Shown here piece after piece: positions 37,498 to 50,400 of a stretch of 64,000 bases of DNA. The position numbers and the translations under genes are program-made. The DNA is from a virus. Within the stretch, counting starts at the first letter, position 1; each line of letters starts with the position of its first letter. Location of the stretch: IMG/VR virus record IMGVR_UViG_3300017917_002593, positions 1 through 64,000 of that record; one strand, 5' to 3'. A model generated the notes under the pieces. That model did not search any database. It was not told the origin of the DNA and saw only the letters and a list, made by a program, of their open reading frames with translations.

Positions 37498-40400
37498 ATG
37501 GCCGTAGGTCGTATTACGGGCCCGCTCTTAGCGCAAAATTTGCTAAGAGACGGTGTCGACATAGCAGTTGAAACAGATCTGCTGTATATTGATGTTAAAA
37601 ATGGCCGTATTGGTGTAAGAACCGATATTCCCCGTACCGAACTTGATGTCAATGGCACACTTACTACAAAAGTTCTAATTGCCGATACTGCAACTATTGG
37701 TTTAGTAACCATTGAAAGCAGCACATCGAGCAGCACAATTTCTACACTGTTTGGACCGTTAAACGTTAACCCCGGTGGTAACGACTGGTTATATATCAAC
37801 AGTACTGCAAGCGTCCGAGGCGATGTTTATGCAACTGGCAACTTCTATGCCAACGGAAATATCAAGTTAGGTGATACTACATCATCTGATACAATCGAAT
37901 TATTAGGTGAGGTCCAAAGTGACATCTTGCCTTTTATCAGTAGCGGCACATTTTCTACCTATGTCAGTACCTTAACTGGTTTAACAGTAACTGACTTCTA
38001 TACCAATACTGAAATTGTTTCTGAATATAGTTTAGGTAATACAAGTAGCTATTGGCAAAACGCATATCTACAAAATGTCTTTACAAGAAAAATTGATACA
38101 GTTGGCACAGAAACCGATGTTCAATTTTTCCCAGATATTCCCAGATTAGAAAGAACTCTAAACAAGAGTGTTACAATCAACGGAGATATTCGTGTATATG
38201 GCGGAAATCCGTTAGGTACATTTCCAGTTGTAAACAACATTCTATATGTAAACGAAAACGGTAGCGATGACAATGATGGTAGGGCTATGGACGCAAGTCG
38301 TGCTTGCCGTACAATTACTGGTGCTACTCGAAGCCCTTATTTTAAACAAGGCACTATTATTAAAGTAGCTCCTGGCTACTATGCAGAAGATAACCCTATT
38401 AAGTTATTGCCATACACTTCAGTAGTGGGCGATAGTCTTCGTGCAGTTTTTGTTGAACCGTTAAACAAAACAGTAGATTTATTCCATGTAAATTCTGGTG
38501 TATATATCACTGGGATGACCATGCTAAACTTGCGCCGAGGCGAAGTTGTACGCTACGAACCGGGCGGAGCAGGCACATACACCACAGGTGCTTACTGTGT
38601 TGCGTTTCCTCCTCTATTAGAAAATCCGATCGATTTATTCCACAGTCCCTATATTCAAAACTGTACTAATCAATCTGGTCCGTGGCTGTATGACGGCACA
38701 ATGTTTGTTCCGAACCAAACAGTTCAGTTACCACTGGTAGTTGCTACTGCTACCTATGCATCCAGCACAACTACAATTACTGTAACTATTCAACCAGAAC
38801 TATCTGCCAAGCAGTTAGAAATTGGAATGGCAGTGAACGGATCTGGCATTTTGATAGAGGACGATCTTCCAATTGCATCTATTGAAAAGATCGAAAACAT
38901 TGATCCTAACTTTAGAAATGCAAAACAACTTTTAACTTCAAACAAAGATTTTATCAAAGACGAAATCATTGCTTATGTTAATACAAACTATCCTGGATTA
39001 AATTATAATCAAGATAAATGCCGCAGAGATGCTGGCTATGTTTTAGATGCTTTGATCTATGATGCAATTCTCGGCGGTAATAGAAAAATTGTTGAAGCAG
39101 GTCGTGCCTACTTTCAAGGTAACGCCAATATTTTAGGCGATGAATTAATTCCTACCATTGCAGCATTTGAAAGAATGAAAACTTTTGCATTTGCAATTGT
39201 TGCAAATACTGATCTATCTTCTATCAAGACACCGGCAAACAGCGGAATACAAATTATAGATACAAATCTAACCGGCGGAGAAATTGCACAGCCTAACATT
39301 GTTAAATTGATGGACTTGTTGATTGACATCTTAAGAAACAATGGAGGTTATGAAAATGCTGCTGCTCTATTAAATGCAAATAGAGGTTTTATTCAAGCAG
39401 AAACAGTTGCGTTTGTTAACAAAACATATGTTGGCCAACCTATTCCAAGTTTTACCTACGATAGAGCAAAATGTTTCAGAGATGTTGGATATGTTATAGA
39501 TGCAATCGCTAACGATCTTTTATATGGCGGAAACCAACAAACGGTTGCTGCCGGTGAAGCATATATTGGCGGCGCAGCGATTCCCGGAGAAGCTGACGAA
39601 ACTATTGCAGCATTCAATTACTTAGGAATGATCATTCGTGATGTAGTTTTACAAAACGAAATAAACGACGGTTACCAAACTACTGTAACTCAAGTCACTA
39701 ATTTGATAACAGGTACTAATGCGGCAATTGAGTTGATGACACGAAATATTCAAATTATCAATTCGTACATTGACGATGGCGCATTTTCTGTTCCAGTTGT
39801 TTCAAATAGCGCACAAAGTTCTATTCCAGGAATCGTTAACAGTTACAATTTAATTGTAGCTAACAAAGCATTCTTGCAACATGAAGTTGTTAACTATATT
39901 GATGTAACATTTACTAATCTTGATTTTGTCTACAACGAAGATAAGTGTGCTCGTGACACTGCTTTAATATTTGACGGATTAGTATTAGACCTTGTACATG
40001 GAGGTTCAAGTCAATCAACTTTTGCAGGCCTACAATATTGGAATCAAACTAATACTGTTATACCTGGAGAAGAAACAACCACTACTAATGCTTTTGCCTA
40101 TGCAAAAGATATTTCTAAAACTATTATCCAAGGTATTCCTTTAACAACAATTTTAGGAACATTGACTCAGTATATTAGCACAGGGTCGGACCTAACTGTT
40201 GCAAACTTACTCGGTGAAAAATTTGATACAGTTATTTCTGTAATAACAAATGGCACAGCTGGAATAACTGATTTAATTGAACCAAACGGTGATATTAACA
40301 CAACTACTCTTTATACCAGTGCTATAGATTTGTTAATAGGAAATAAAGATTTTATTGCCGACGAAGTTATTGCTTGGATTGAACAAACTAAAACTCCTGG

Positions 40401-43400
40401 CTTTACATACGACCAAACAAAGTGCAGAAGAGATGTTGGTTATGTAATTGACAGTGTAGCAATGGATCTGTTAAGAGGCGGTAACAGACAAAGTATTCAA
40501 GCTGGTGTTTACTATTACGGATATAATAGTACCAGTACTGTTCTTGTAAACGAAGTTCCGCAAACAATGGCTGCATACAAGTATATGAAGTCGTTGATTG
40601 AAAAAGTTGTTCAAAGAATTCCTGCTACAAAAACATACCAAACAGAATTTGCTCAGAATTTAGATTACGGTGCAGCAACTCTTGATGAAGCAAGAATCAT
40701 TGGAGATAACATTGATCTGATAAGGACCATTATTAGAAAAGGTCCAGCCGCAGCACCTGCTCAAGTACCGATTGGTATTGCAGTTAGCACTTCTACTAAT
40801 GTAAGTAAAGCAGCTACTCTATTAGCGGCTAACAAAGATTTTATTGTTGCAGAAGTTGTTGAATTCGTTAATAAAACATTCATCCAACCTTTCCAATTTA
40901 ATTACAACGAAGAAAAATGTTTTAGAGATGTTGGATTAATTGTCGATGCGATTGCTGGAGACATTATTAAACGCTCCAATGTTAAATCAATTGAAGCAGG
41001 TTTAGCTTATTGGGAAGGCGCAGTTAGTGTTATTGAAGGTCAGCTAAAAGAAACTGCTGGAGCTATTCAATACGCTAAGAGCATTGCATTGGATGTAATT
41101 GCTAATAATCCTGTTACAAGTTTCTATCAAGATTCTGTTCAAACAATTATTCCAGGAACAAGTTCTACTACAATGACTGTAGTAGTAAGTCAACTTATTA
41201 ACGGACAACTTGGCGGCGGAGAAGTTGCAAGAGATTTAGTAGATAGTAACTTTAACGCCATCACAACAATTTTACAAAATGGTCCTGCTTACTCACCTTT
41301 TAGTACAGACAGTACTCTGACACAATTTGTTGTTACCTTAACTACTTCGACTGTCAAGGCTGCATCTAATGATATTCTGTACTTTGGTGAAACTACAGTT
41401 TATCCAATTGAAGATAAAAACTTGCCAGGCATGTGGACTGAAAACGGAGAAGCTGATCGCAGAATTGATCCAAATGGTTCAGGTGGTGGTGCATTGGTAG
41501 ATGGAAATGCTCCTTCGAGAAGAAGTCCAATTCAGTCGTTCGTTTTTGATGCGTTTACTCAAATTACTCAAGGCGGACGAGGCATACACATTATCAATGA
41601 AGGGTATGCACAGTTAGTTTCTGTGTTTACAATTTTCTGTAATGTTGCTGTTGAAACAGATAGCGGTGGTATTGCATCTATTACAAACTCTAACAATAAC
41701 TTTGGAGACATTTGTTTACAATCTAAAGGTTATGGTAAGAGGAAGTTTGGCGGAACAGTTTATAATCCGGAAAATATTGCCTATAACGAACTAACAAACG
41801 AATTCGAAGCTAACGAATATTATCCTCAAGGGTATTTCCCAACTCGACAGCAAGTTTGTGTGTTTGTTCCAGATCCTTTAAATAGGCCGCACATCAGTTT
41901 AGTTATGGAAGTTGTTCCTCCTGATCAATATGTTAACTACGACGGTGTGGTTGTTCCTTACATCAATGAACAAGGTTATCCAGGATTCTTAACTGCGGTC
42001 ATTAATACAGCAACATTAACAACAGGATCTTTTGTTGTTAGCGGTATTGATGTAACAGGCGCAAGCATTGGTCAAACTGTTTACATTAAAGATCAGTTTG
42101 GTTACGAAGCAGCCGATAACGGAGAAGGTGCAAGATATATTTCGACAGGAACTACTATTGTCGACATTAGCTACCAGTCAATTACATTAAGTAATCCAAT
42201 TAACTTTGGTGGAGGCGAATACGGCAATCCGTTCTACTTTGATATCTACTGCTGTGGAAATGCTTACTACAATGTCTTAACAAGTAAGCCAGCAGTAAGT
42301 CCATACCCGATTGGGCAAAGTAAAATCATTGGTCAAGAAACTGAAACTATTGATGCAATTGATCACTTAAAAGAAATAACTAACTTTGTAGTAGCTAACA
42401 TTGCTTATACAGGAACGTATACTACTGCTGTTCCGCAATCTATTAACACAGAATTTATTGGAGGAGCAAGTGCAATACCTTTCATCAACGAAAGATTAGA
42501 TATTATTTCTAATGTAATTCTTTCTGGTCCTCAAGCAGCACCCGAAGTTAGAACAACAGGTACAAGAGCAGAGAACTATGCAAGTGCTATTGAATTACTA
42601 AATCAAAATAAGATCTTTATTCAGAATGAAGTAGTTGCATATGTAGACGATACATTTGGTGGGTTTGTTTATGATGAAGCCAAGTGCCAGCGTGATGTTG
42701 GATTAATTATTGACAGTATTGCAATGGATATGTTGTACGATGATACAACACAAAGTACCTTTGCTGGCCTTCAATACTGGAATCAAACTTCATATGTAGA
42801 TGGCATTGGAGGTCAAATTACTACAACTACGGCAGCTATTGCTTATGCAAAATCTCTTGCACTATCTGTTACAAGTAACAATGTAGTAATCGGGCAAAGA
42901 TTCGATACTATCTTAGAAATACTACAACTTGGCACAGCAAATGTAAGTAACATTGTTGTTGCTAACGGATATAGAACCACTGATCCAGGTGCGCTCGCTG
43001 ACTATGCTGCACTACAATCAAATAAGGCTTCAATTCAAAGTCAGGTAATTTCTTGGATCAGTAGTAACTATCCAAGTTTTACATATGATCAAGCTAAGTG
43101 CTCGAGAGATATTGGTTACATCATTGACAGCGTTTCTATTGATTTAATCCACGGTGGTAATAGACAAAGTATTCAAGCTGGTGTTTACTATTACGGTTTC
43201 GATCAAGGTAGTAGTGCTATTGCTGGAGAGATTCCGCAAACTGCGGCAGCTTATAATTTTATTAAGAGTATTGTAGGTGATATTGTTACAGGTACTCCAA
43301 TTAGTCCTAAGTATCAAAATACAGTAACTCAAGTAACTAATCTTCTACCTGGAACTTCTGTTGAAGCAGCAGCTCTACAATCTAAGATTAGTGTTATTAC

Positions 43401-44067
43401 AAATATTTTAGATAACGGACCGACTGCTGCCGAAGAAAGAAGAGCAATAAAGCAAACAATGAACACCAGCGTTGATGTTCAACGAGCATTTAACTTATTA
43501 AATGCAAACAAAGACTTTATCAAAGCTGAAGTAATTGCCTACATTGCAAATGAATTTGGCGGATTCCAGTACAACAAACAAAAATGTAGAAGAGACGTTG
43601 GTCTAATGATCGATGCGTTAGTTGCTGACTTAGCTACTGGAGGAAACTTCCGTGCAGTTGAAGCGGCTAAAACTTACTACACAAGAGAAGGTACTTATCA
43701 TATTGTTACTGTTGAAGACAACGTAAGAAATCCTTTATTGTTTGTTGACGGTAGCACTGTAAACTTCTATCAGAGAAGCTATCAATCTGCATCTGGATAC
43801 CTATTCGAATACTGCGGAGCAGGTACACAGTACGGTGCATTGCCTCAGGTAGGTAGAGTTGATCCTGTCCAAAGCAAGGAAGTAGTTCAGTTAAATAATG
43901 GTAAGGTGTTCTTTACTTCCACTGACCAGAACGGCGATTTCCGTATTGGACCAACGTTAGTAATTAGTCAGGCAACTGGTGTGTTGTCAGGCAGAACATT
44001 TGAAAAGAGTTTATTTGCTCAGATGACACCATTCATCTTAGCAGTTGAAGCAGGTGGCGGCGAATAA
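37498..44067 (+). CDS. Giant virion fibre-like protein P1 (2189 aa): pectin-lyase-like beta-helix interrupted by 8 phycobiliprotein-like helical repeats
   Basis: LYVNENGSDDNDG...ACRTI...IKVAPGYYAE beta-helix entry motif; 8 x Y[DN]xxKCxRD repeats. Confidence 0.75.
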   Translation: MAVGRITGPLLAQNLLRDGVDIAVETDLLYIDVKNGRIGVRTDIPRTELDVNGTLTTKVLIADTATIGLVTIESSTSSSTISTLFGPLNVNPGGNDWLYINSTASVRGDVYATGNFYANGNIKLGDTTSSDTIELLGEVQSDILPFISSGTFSTYVSTLTGLTVTDFYTNTEIVSEYSLGNTSSYWQNAYLQNVFTRKIDTVGTETDVQFFPDIPRLERTLNKSVTINGDIRVYGGNPLGTFPVVNNILYVNENGSDDNDGRAMDASRACRTITGATRSPYFKQGTIIKVAPGYYAEDNPIKLLPYTSVVGDSLRAVFVEPLNKTVDLFHVNSGVYITGMTMLNLRRGEVVRYEPGGAGTYTTGAYCVAFPPLLENPIDLFHSPYIQNCTNQSGPWLYDGTMFVPNQTVQLPLVVATATYASSTTTITVTIQPELSAKQLEIGMAVNGSGILIEDDLPIASIEKIENIDPNFRNAKQLLTSNKDFIKDEIIAYVNTNYPGLNYNQDKCRRDAGYVLDALIYDAILGGNRKIVEAGRAYFQGNANILGDELIPTIAAFERMKTFAFAIVANTDLSSIKTPANSGIQIIDTNLTGGEIAQPNIVKLMDLLIDILRNNGGYENAAALLNANRGFIQAETVAFVNKTYVGQPIPSFTYDRAKCFRDVGYVIDAIANDLLYGGNQQTVAAGEAYIGGAAIPGEADETIAAFNYLGMIIRDVVLQNEINDGYQTTVTQVTNLITGTNAAIELMTRNIQIINSYIDDGAFSVPVVSNSAQSSIPGIVNSYNLIVANKAFLQHEVVNYIDVTFTNLDFVYNEDKCARDTALIFDGLVLDLVHGGSSQSTFAGLQYWNQTNTVIPGEETTTTNAFAYAKDISKTIIQGIPLTTILGTLTQYISTGSDLTVANLLGEKFDTVISVITNGTAGITDLIEPNGDINTTTLYTSAIDLLIGNKDFIADEVIAWIEQTKTPGFTYDQTKCRRDVGYVIDSVAMDLLRGGNRQSIQAGVYYYGYNSTSTVLVNEVPQTMAAYKYMKSLIEKVVQRIPATKTYQTEFAQNLDYGAATLDEARIIGDNIDLIRTIIRKGPAAAPAQVPIGIAVSTSTNVSKAATLLAANKDFIVAEVVEFVNKTFIQPFQFNYNEEKCFRDVGLIVDAIAGDIIKRSNVKSIEAGLAYWEGAVSVIEGQLKETAGAIQYAKSIALDVIANNPVTSFYQDSVQTIIPGTSSTTMTVVVSQLINGQLGGGEVARDLVDSNFNAITTILQNGPAYSPFSTDSTLTQFVVTLTTSTVKAASNDILYFGETTVYPIEDKNLPGMWTENGEADRRIDPNGSGGGALVDGNAPSRRSPIQSFVFDAFTQITQGGRGIHIINEGYAQLVSVFTIFCNVAVETDSGGIASITNSNNNFGDICLQSKGYGKRKFGGTVYNPENIAYNELTNEFEANEYYPQGYFPTRQQVCVFVPDPLNRPHISLVMEVVPPDQYVNYDGVVVPYINEQGYPGFLTAVINTATLTTGSFVVSGIDVTGASIGQTVYIKDQFGYEAADNGEGARYISTGTTIVDISYQSITLSNPINFGGGEYGNPFYFDIYCCGNAYYNVLTSKPAVSPYPIGQSKIIGQETETIDAIDHLKEITNFVVANIAYTGTYTTAVPQSINTEFIGGASAIPFINERLDIISNVILSGPQAAPEVRTTGTRAENYASAIELLNQNKIFIQNEVVAYVDDTFGGFVYDEAKCQRDVGLIIDSIAMDMLYDDTTQSTFAGLQYWNQTSYVDGIGGQITTTTAAIAYAKSLALSVTSNNVVIGQRFDTILEILQLGTANVSNIVVANGYRTTDPGALADYAALQSNKASIQSQVISWISSNYPSFTYDQAKCSRDIGYIIDSVSIDLIHGGNRQSIQAGVYYYGFDQGSSAIAGEIPQTAAAYNFIKSIVGDIVTGTPISPKYQNTVTQVTNLLPGTSVEAAALQSKISVITNILDNGPTAAEERRAIKQTMNTSVDVQRAFNLLNANKDFIKAEVIAYIANEFGGFQYNKQKCRRDVGLMIDALVADLATGGNFRAVEAAKTYYTREGTYHIVTVEDNVRNPLLFVDGSTVNFYQRSYQSASGYLFEYCGAGTQYGALPQVGRVDPVQSKEVVQLNNGKVFFTSTDQNGDFRIGPTLVISQATGVLSGRTFEKSLFAQMTPFILAVEAGGGE

Positions 44068-44078
44068 AGGAGAAATAA

Positions 44079-44465
44079 ATGGCATTAATTCCATTAAACA
44101 CGTTTAAAACAAAAACAAAAGTATTAGATACTAATTCAACATCAACAGTATACGTTGCACCAATTGGCGTAACTTCTATTGTACTAATGGCTCAAGTTGC
44201 CAATGTTGATCCGGCAGCGGCACATACTATTACCTTTAGTCATCATAGGAGATTTAGAGTGCTCCCTGATGCCCAAGGAAATAACGCTCAAGATCCAAAC
44301 ATTACAACTGAGTTGGTGCAAAACTTTGAAGTCCCACCTAATGATAGTGCAGCATTAATTACAGGCAAGATGATTCTCGAAAGTCAAGATAGTATTAGAG
44401 CCAGTGCTGACGCGAACGGTGTCATGAAATTAGTTCTAAGTATTCTTGAAACAGCCAACAATTAA
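44079..44465 (+). CDS. Small structural/adaptor protein, paralog of 36311..36628
   Basis: SD AAGGAG; TVYVAPIGVTSIVL..VAN...KMILESQDSIRASAD. Confidence 0.65.
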   Translation: MALIPLNTFKTKTKVLDTNSTSTVYVAPIGVTSIVLMAQVANVDPAAAHTITFSHHRRFRVLPDAQGNNAQDPNITTELVQNFEVPPNDSAALITGKMILESQDSIRASADANGVMKLVLSILETANN

Positions 44466-44478
44466 TTAAGAGAAAGCA

Positions 44479-47400
44479 ATGCCACGTTTATTAAGTAATA
44501 GAAAACCAGTAGCAAGACCATCTGAGTTAAAAGAAAACAGATGGGAATATTTAAATCTACAGCAGGCTCAGCCTGCATTGGGTCCTGCACCTGAAGCAAA
44601 TACCGGTTTTACTCTGGAAACAGATGAAAACGGCAAAGTTACCTATACTAATACACTTGGCAAACTTGCATTTGACGAGCAAGTCATTTCCGGTACATTA
44701 CCGGGAGTGGATATTGAAATTGATTCTTCTATCAATAACGGAGAAATTGTCTTAACTCCATTACAGACTGCAAGAATTGCAGGTAATTTATCTGTTCAAG
44801 GCGACGAGATTGTTGATGGAAACTTTACTGTAAGAGGTATTCCTGAAGGTACTGCACCTTTAGTAAGTAATACACTTTATGTAACTCCAGACGGTAATGA
44901 TGAAAATGACGGAACAGCAATGGATAGAACTCGTGCTTGCCGTACAATCAGCGGTGCTGTTCGTAGTCCGTTTTATCAACCAGGTACTGCTATTAAAGTT
45001 ATGGCAGGTACATATTTTGAAGACAACCCAATTCCTTTAAAGCCTTATACATCTGTTGTTGGCAACGACTTGCGTACAACGTTTGTTGAACCTCTAAACA
45101 AAGATTTAGATTTGTTCCACGTTAACTCTGGTGTTTATATTGCACAGATGCAGATGCGTAATTTACGCAGAGGAAGCGTTGAACGATATGCACCAGGAGG
45201 AGCAGGAACATACACTACAGGTGCTTACTGTGTTGCGTTTCCTCCTAACTTAGAAAACCCTATCGACGTTTACTACTCACCGTACATTCAAAACTGTACC
45301 AACCAATCTGGACCTTGGTTAAAAGATGGAACCATGATGGTTCCTAACCAAACCGTTCAAATTCCGTTGGCAGCAGGTACCAGTACATGGACTGCCGGAG
45401 TTGATCAAATCACAGTAACGTTATACACTGGTACTGTAGTAGTCGGTATGGCAGTTAATGATGCAGCGAATGAAGGTTATCGCAATGCTCAATTGTTGTT
45501 AAAGAAAAATAGAGAATTCTTACAAAAGCAAACTGTTGCATACGTTGAAGATGCTTATCCTGATCTTGTTTATGATCAAGCCAAATGCTACAGAGATGTT
45601 GGCTACATTGTCGATGCGGTTGCAGGCGATGCAAGATTTGGTGGAAACAAACGTAGTATCGAAGCAGGCCTTTCCTACTGGAGAGGAAACACTTCATTAA
45701 TTGCAGGAGAACAAGGCGAAACTGCTGCGGCAATTAACTATCTACGAGATATTTCTTTACAAGTTATCACCAACACCACAGTTACTAATATTTTTAACAC
45801 TTTGTCAAATCAGGTATTTGATTTGGCATTAGATGGAGGGTCAGTAGTATCGACTCGTGCAACAGACAGTTACAATTTAATTACTGAAATTCTGTTAAAC
45901 GGAGAAACATCAGCTCCTGATCAGCCTACACCTGATTTATTGGGATTAATCTACCCAACTGGATTGAGTCCTAATGATGTTAATGTTGCATCAACTGTAA
46001 CAGCAGTTACACAATTAACAACAAACACATATCTTGTTACATTAAGTACCTCGACTGTAAGTCCAAGTGACAATGCAACAATTTATTTTGGTTATACTAC
46101 AACATATCCATATCTCGATGCAGATGTGCCGCCGGAATGGTCAACTAATTTAGCAGAAGGCTATGTTGACCGCAGATTAGATCCTATCGGATCTGGTGGC
46201 GGAGCACTGGTTGACGGTAACGCACCGAGCTTAAGAAGCCCTATTCAATCGTTCGTATTTGATGCGTTTACACAGTTGAACCAGGGCGGTATTGGTATTC
46301 ACATTATTAACAACGGCTACGCACAGCTTGTATCTGTGTTTACGATTATGTGTAGTCAAGCTGTTATTGTTGAGAATGGTGGTATTGCATCTATTACTAA
46401 CTCTAACGCAAACTTTGGTGATACATGTTTAACTGCAAAAGGTTTAGGTAAACTTGCTTTCCAAGGTTTCGTAGTTAACCCTGCTTTTCCAACTAATGTA
46501 CCTAACGGCGAATATTATCCATTAGGTTACTGGCCTCAGAAACAGGTCATGGAAGTCTTTATTCCAAGTGATAGAGATCGTCCTCACATTGGCCAAGTTA
46601 TGGAAGTGGTTCCTCCTGATACATATCTCAATTTTGAAGGAGAACGTGTACCATTTATCAACGAAGCAGGCTATCCAGGATACTTAATTGCAACAGTCAA
46701 CACCAATACTATTAGTACTGGTAGTTTTATTATCAATGATGTTGATGTTACTGGAGTATCTGTAGGTCATACTTTATATGTTCGAGATGTATTAGGAAAT
46801 GAAGTACATCCTGAAACAGGTATTCCTTATGTTACTACTGGAACACAAGTTGTTGACGTTAACTATAGACAAATTGTATTAGATCGACCAATCTTGGCCG
46901 GCTATACAGATGCATTAAATCCAAGTTATTTTAATTTATATTTCTGCGGTAACGCCTATTACACAGTATTATCGAGTAACATTGATCCTACTCTTGCATC
47001 AACAGTTACTACTGAAGTAACTTTAGTTGCAGGGCAAGAAACAACAACATCTTTAGCAGTTAGCTATGCTAAAAATTTAGCTCTTCGTGTAATTCAAAAC
47101 ACTCCTATTAATGGATTTGTCTACAATCAAGCAAAATGCAAAAGAGATACTGGATTAATTGTTGATGCACTGGCAGTAGACCTCTTGCACCCAACTTCAG
47201 AACTTAGCCAAAGTAATTTTGCCGGCTTGCAATATTGGAATCAAGAAAATTATGTCGGCACAATTGCAAATGAAATTACAACAACTACAAATGCTGTTCA
47301 ATTTGTAAAAGAATTGGCAATGGAAATTGTTCAAGGTATTACTACCGGAACAAGATATCAGAGTACAGTTACACAGAATATTGGTCTTCCGTTAGCATCT

Positions 47401-50400
47401 TCAGTTGAAGCAGCAATTATTTCCAATGATTTTGATGTTATCATTGATATCCTTGTTGATGGTGTTGCAGGAGTAACCGATAAGATCATTCCAAACGGCG
47501 AACAAACTTCCGATGAAAATACAGCAAGAGCCTATTCGTTGCTCACTGCTAACAAAGCCTATATTCAAGCAGAAGCTGTAGCATTTGTTGAGTATACAAA
47601 AACTCCGGGCTTTACTTATGATTCTGCAAAATGCTATAGAGATGTTGGCTATATGGTTGACAGTGTTGCGTTTGACTTGCTACATCCTAACGGAAGTGTT
47701 CCAAGTAACAGACAGGCAATTCAAAGTGGAGTTTACTACTATGGATACATCAGCACAAGCACATCTATTGTTGGTGAAATCGTTCAGACAACTGCGGCCT
47801 ACAACTATATTAAAGATTTAGTTCCATACATTGTTAAAGGAATTACAACTTCGACATATCAGACTTATATTGATCAAGTGACTGATTTAACTCCTGGCAC
47901 AGATGCCGAAGTTAACGAAATCCAATCTTATATTGATCATATTACTAATGTTATTAATGTTGGTCCTGCCGCTGCCAGGGTTAAAGTACCTGTTAGCTTG
48001 ACACAGTCAACTGATCCTAATGTTTATAACGCATACAGAATGTTAAATGCAAATAGAGCATTTATTCAAGAATCTGTTATTGCTTACATTAACAAAACTT
48101 ACGACTCTGGAACATATCAGTCTGTTTACCCGCAAGTATTTGATCAAACATTAACTGGAGGTGTTGATGCTGTTCAAAGCCTTGGAGAAAAATTTGACAT
48201 CATTTCTGGCATCATTATCAATGGCGCAGATAGTAGTCCTGAAATTATTCGTCCAAGACAATATGTTGACTCAAATCAAAATATTCTAAATGCTAAAAAG
48301 TTACTTGAAAAGAATAGATTGTTCATCCAAGCAGAAACTGTAGCGTTCGTTGACAGTATCTGGCCAAGCAAGTTTAGCTATGATCCTGCTAAGTGCAGTC
48401 GCGACACTGGATTAATTGTTGATGCCCTTGCACAAGATTTGTTATTCAATGGTACAAGCCAAAGTACATTTGCAGGTATTCAATATTGGAATCAAGGGTT
48501 AACCGTTATACCTGGCGAACAAACAACAACTACCAATGCTGTCAAGTACTTGAAGTCTGTTGCACAGGATGTTATTTTAAACAAACAACAAAGATACAAG
48601 TATCAAAGTACAGTTACTCAAGTTGTTAGCACAATAACCAGTTCAACTACTGCTACAAGTCTATCTCTTGGAACAAAATTTGACACAATTATTAATATTT
48701 TAGAAACTGGCACAGACGGAATTACTGATAAAATTGTTCCTAACAGTTTAGATCAGTCTACTTCTTCTGCTGTTCTTGCTGCCTATAACTTACTACAGGC
48801 AAATAAAGAATATCTACAACATGAAACGGTTGCTTGGGTAGAAGCCAATGCTAACTTTAACTACGATCAAGTAAAGTGTGCTCGAGATACTGGTCTAATA
48901 GTTGACAGCATCGCTTTTGATATTTTATATCCAACAGCAACAGACAGTCAAAGTAATTTTGCCGGTCTGCAATATTGGAATCAAAGCAACTATGTTGGTA
49001 CTATTGCTAACGAAATTACCACTACAACTAATGCAATTACACATATCAGTTCTATTGCACAGAAGATTGTAGTCGGAGATACCAGCGGAACACGCTATCA
49101 AAATACTGTAACTCAAACAACTTCTACTGCGACTGGTATTGTAGGAGATGCAGTTGTAGTTGGTACAAACTTTGGAGTGATTCTAAATATTCTTTCCACA
49201 GGTACAGCAGGTGTTACAGATATTATTGTACCAAACGGCAGAAGAAGTATTACAACTTCCACAGTTAACGCTTATAATTTATTGGTTGCAAATAGATCGT
49301 ACCTTGTAGCAGAAGCTATTGCTTTTGTTGAAGATACAAAAACAGCCGGATTTAATTACGATCAAACTAAGTGTGCAAGAGATGTTGGCTACATGGTCGA
49401 CAGCGTAGCCTTTGACTTGTTACATGGCGGCAACAAACAGAGTGTACAAAGCGGAGTTCTCTACTACGGATATGACAGTACTTCAACTTCTATTCCAAAT
49501 GAGATTCCTCAGACCACTGCGGCTTATAATAGAATTAGAGAAATACTACCAAGAATCTTGTCTGGTGTAGAAATTTCTCCAAGTCAAGGGAACACAACCA
49601 AACAGATTACCTACATGTTGCCAGTCAACAATGCTACAATACTATCTGCACAGGCAAAGGTTGACAAGATTACAAGAATTATTAACAACGGACCAAGTGC
49701 CGCAAGTGAACTAACTCCAATTAGTTTAACTCCAAGCTCTGATGCAAATGCAGATCGTGCCTATGATCTATTAGTAGCAAATCGAGATTTTATCAAAGAC
49801 GAAATTATTGCCTATATCAATAGTACCTTTACTGGATTTGTCTACGATAAAGCTAAGTGCTTTAGAGATGTTGGCTATATGGTTGACAGTGTAAGTTTTG
49901 ATATACTTTACGGCGGTAATAGACAAAGCATTCAAAGCGGTGTCTACTATTACGGATATCAAGAAGATAGCAGTGCTATTGCTGGAGAAATTCCTCAAAC
50001 AACAGAAGCCTACAACTTTATTGAAAAGATTGTAGGAGACATTGTCACAGGAACATTGATAACTAATCCTCAACAGGCTTCTGTTCCGCAAGTTACTAAC
50101 TTGAGCTTTACTTATAACCAAAACAAGTGCTCAAGAGACACAGGAATTCTTGTTGATAGTTTTATTACTGATTTACTATTCAACGAAAACGGTTACACAC
50201 AAAGTAATTTCTCTGGTTTACAATATTGGAATCAGAATGGTTACACAGGATCTATTGCAAGTGAAATTACTACAACAACTAACGCAGTTAGATATCTAAG
50301 AAGCCTTGCTGAGCAAATTGTTATTAACGGCACATCTACTGCAACTGTAGTAAGATATTCTACAACTGCAAGCCAAGTTACTAACTTAACTACTGCAACT

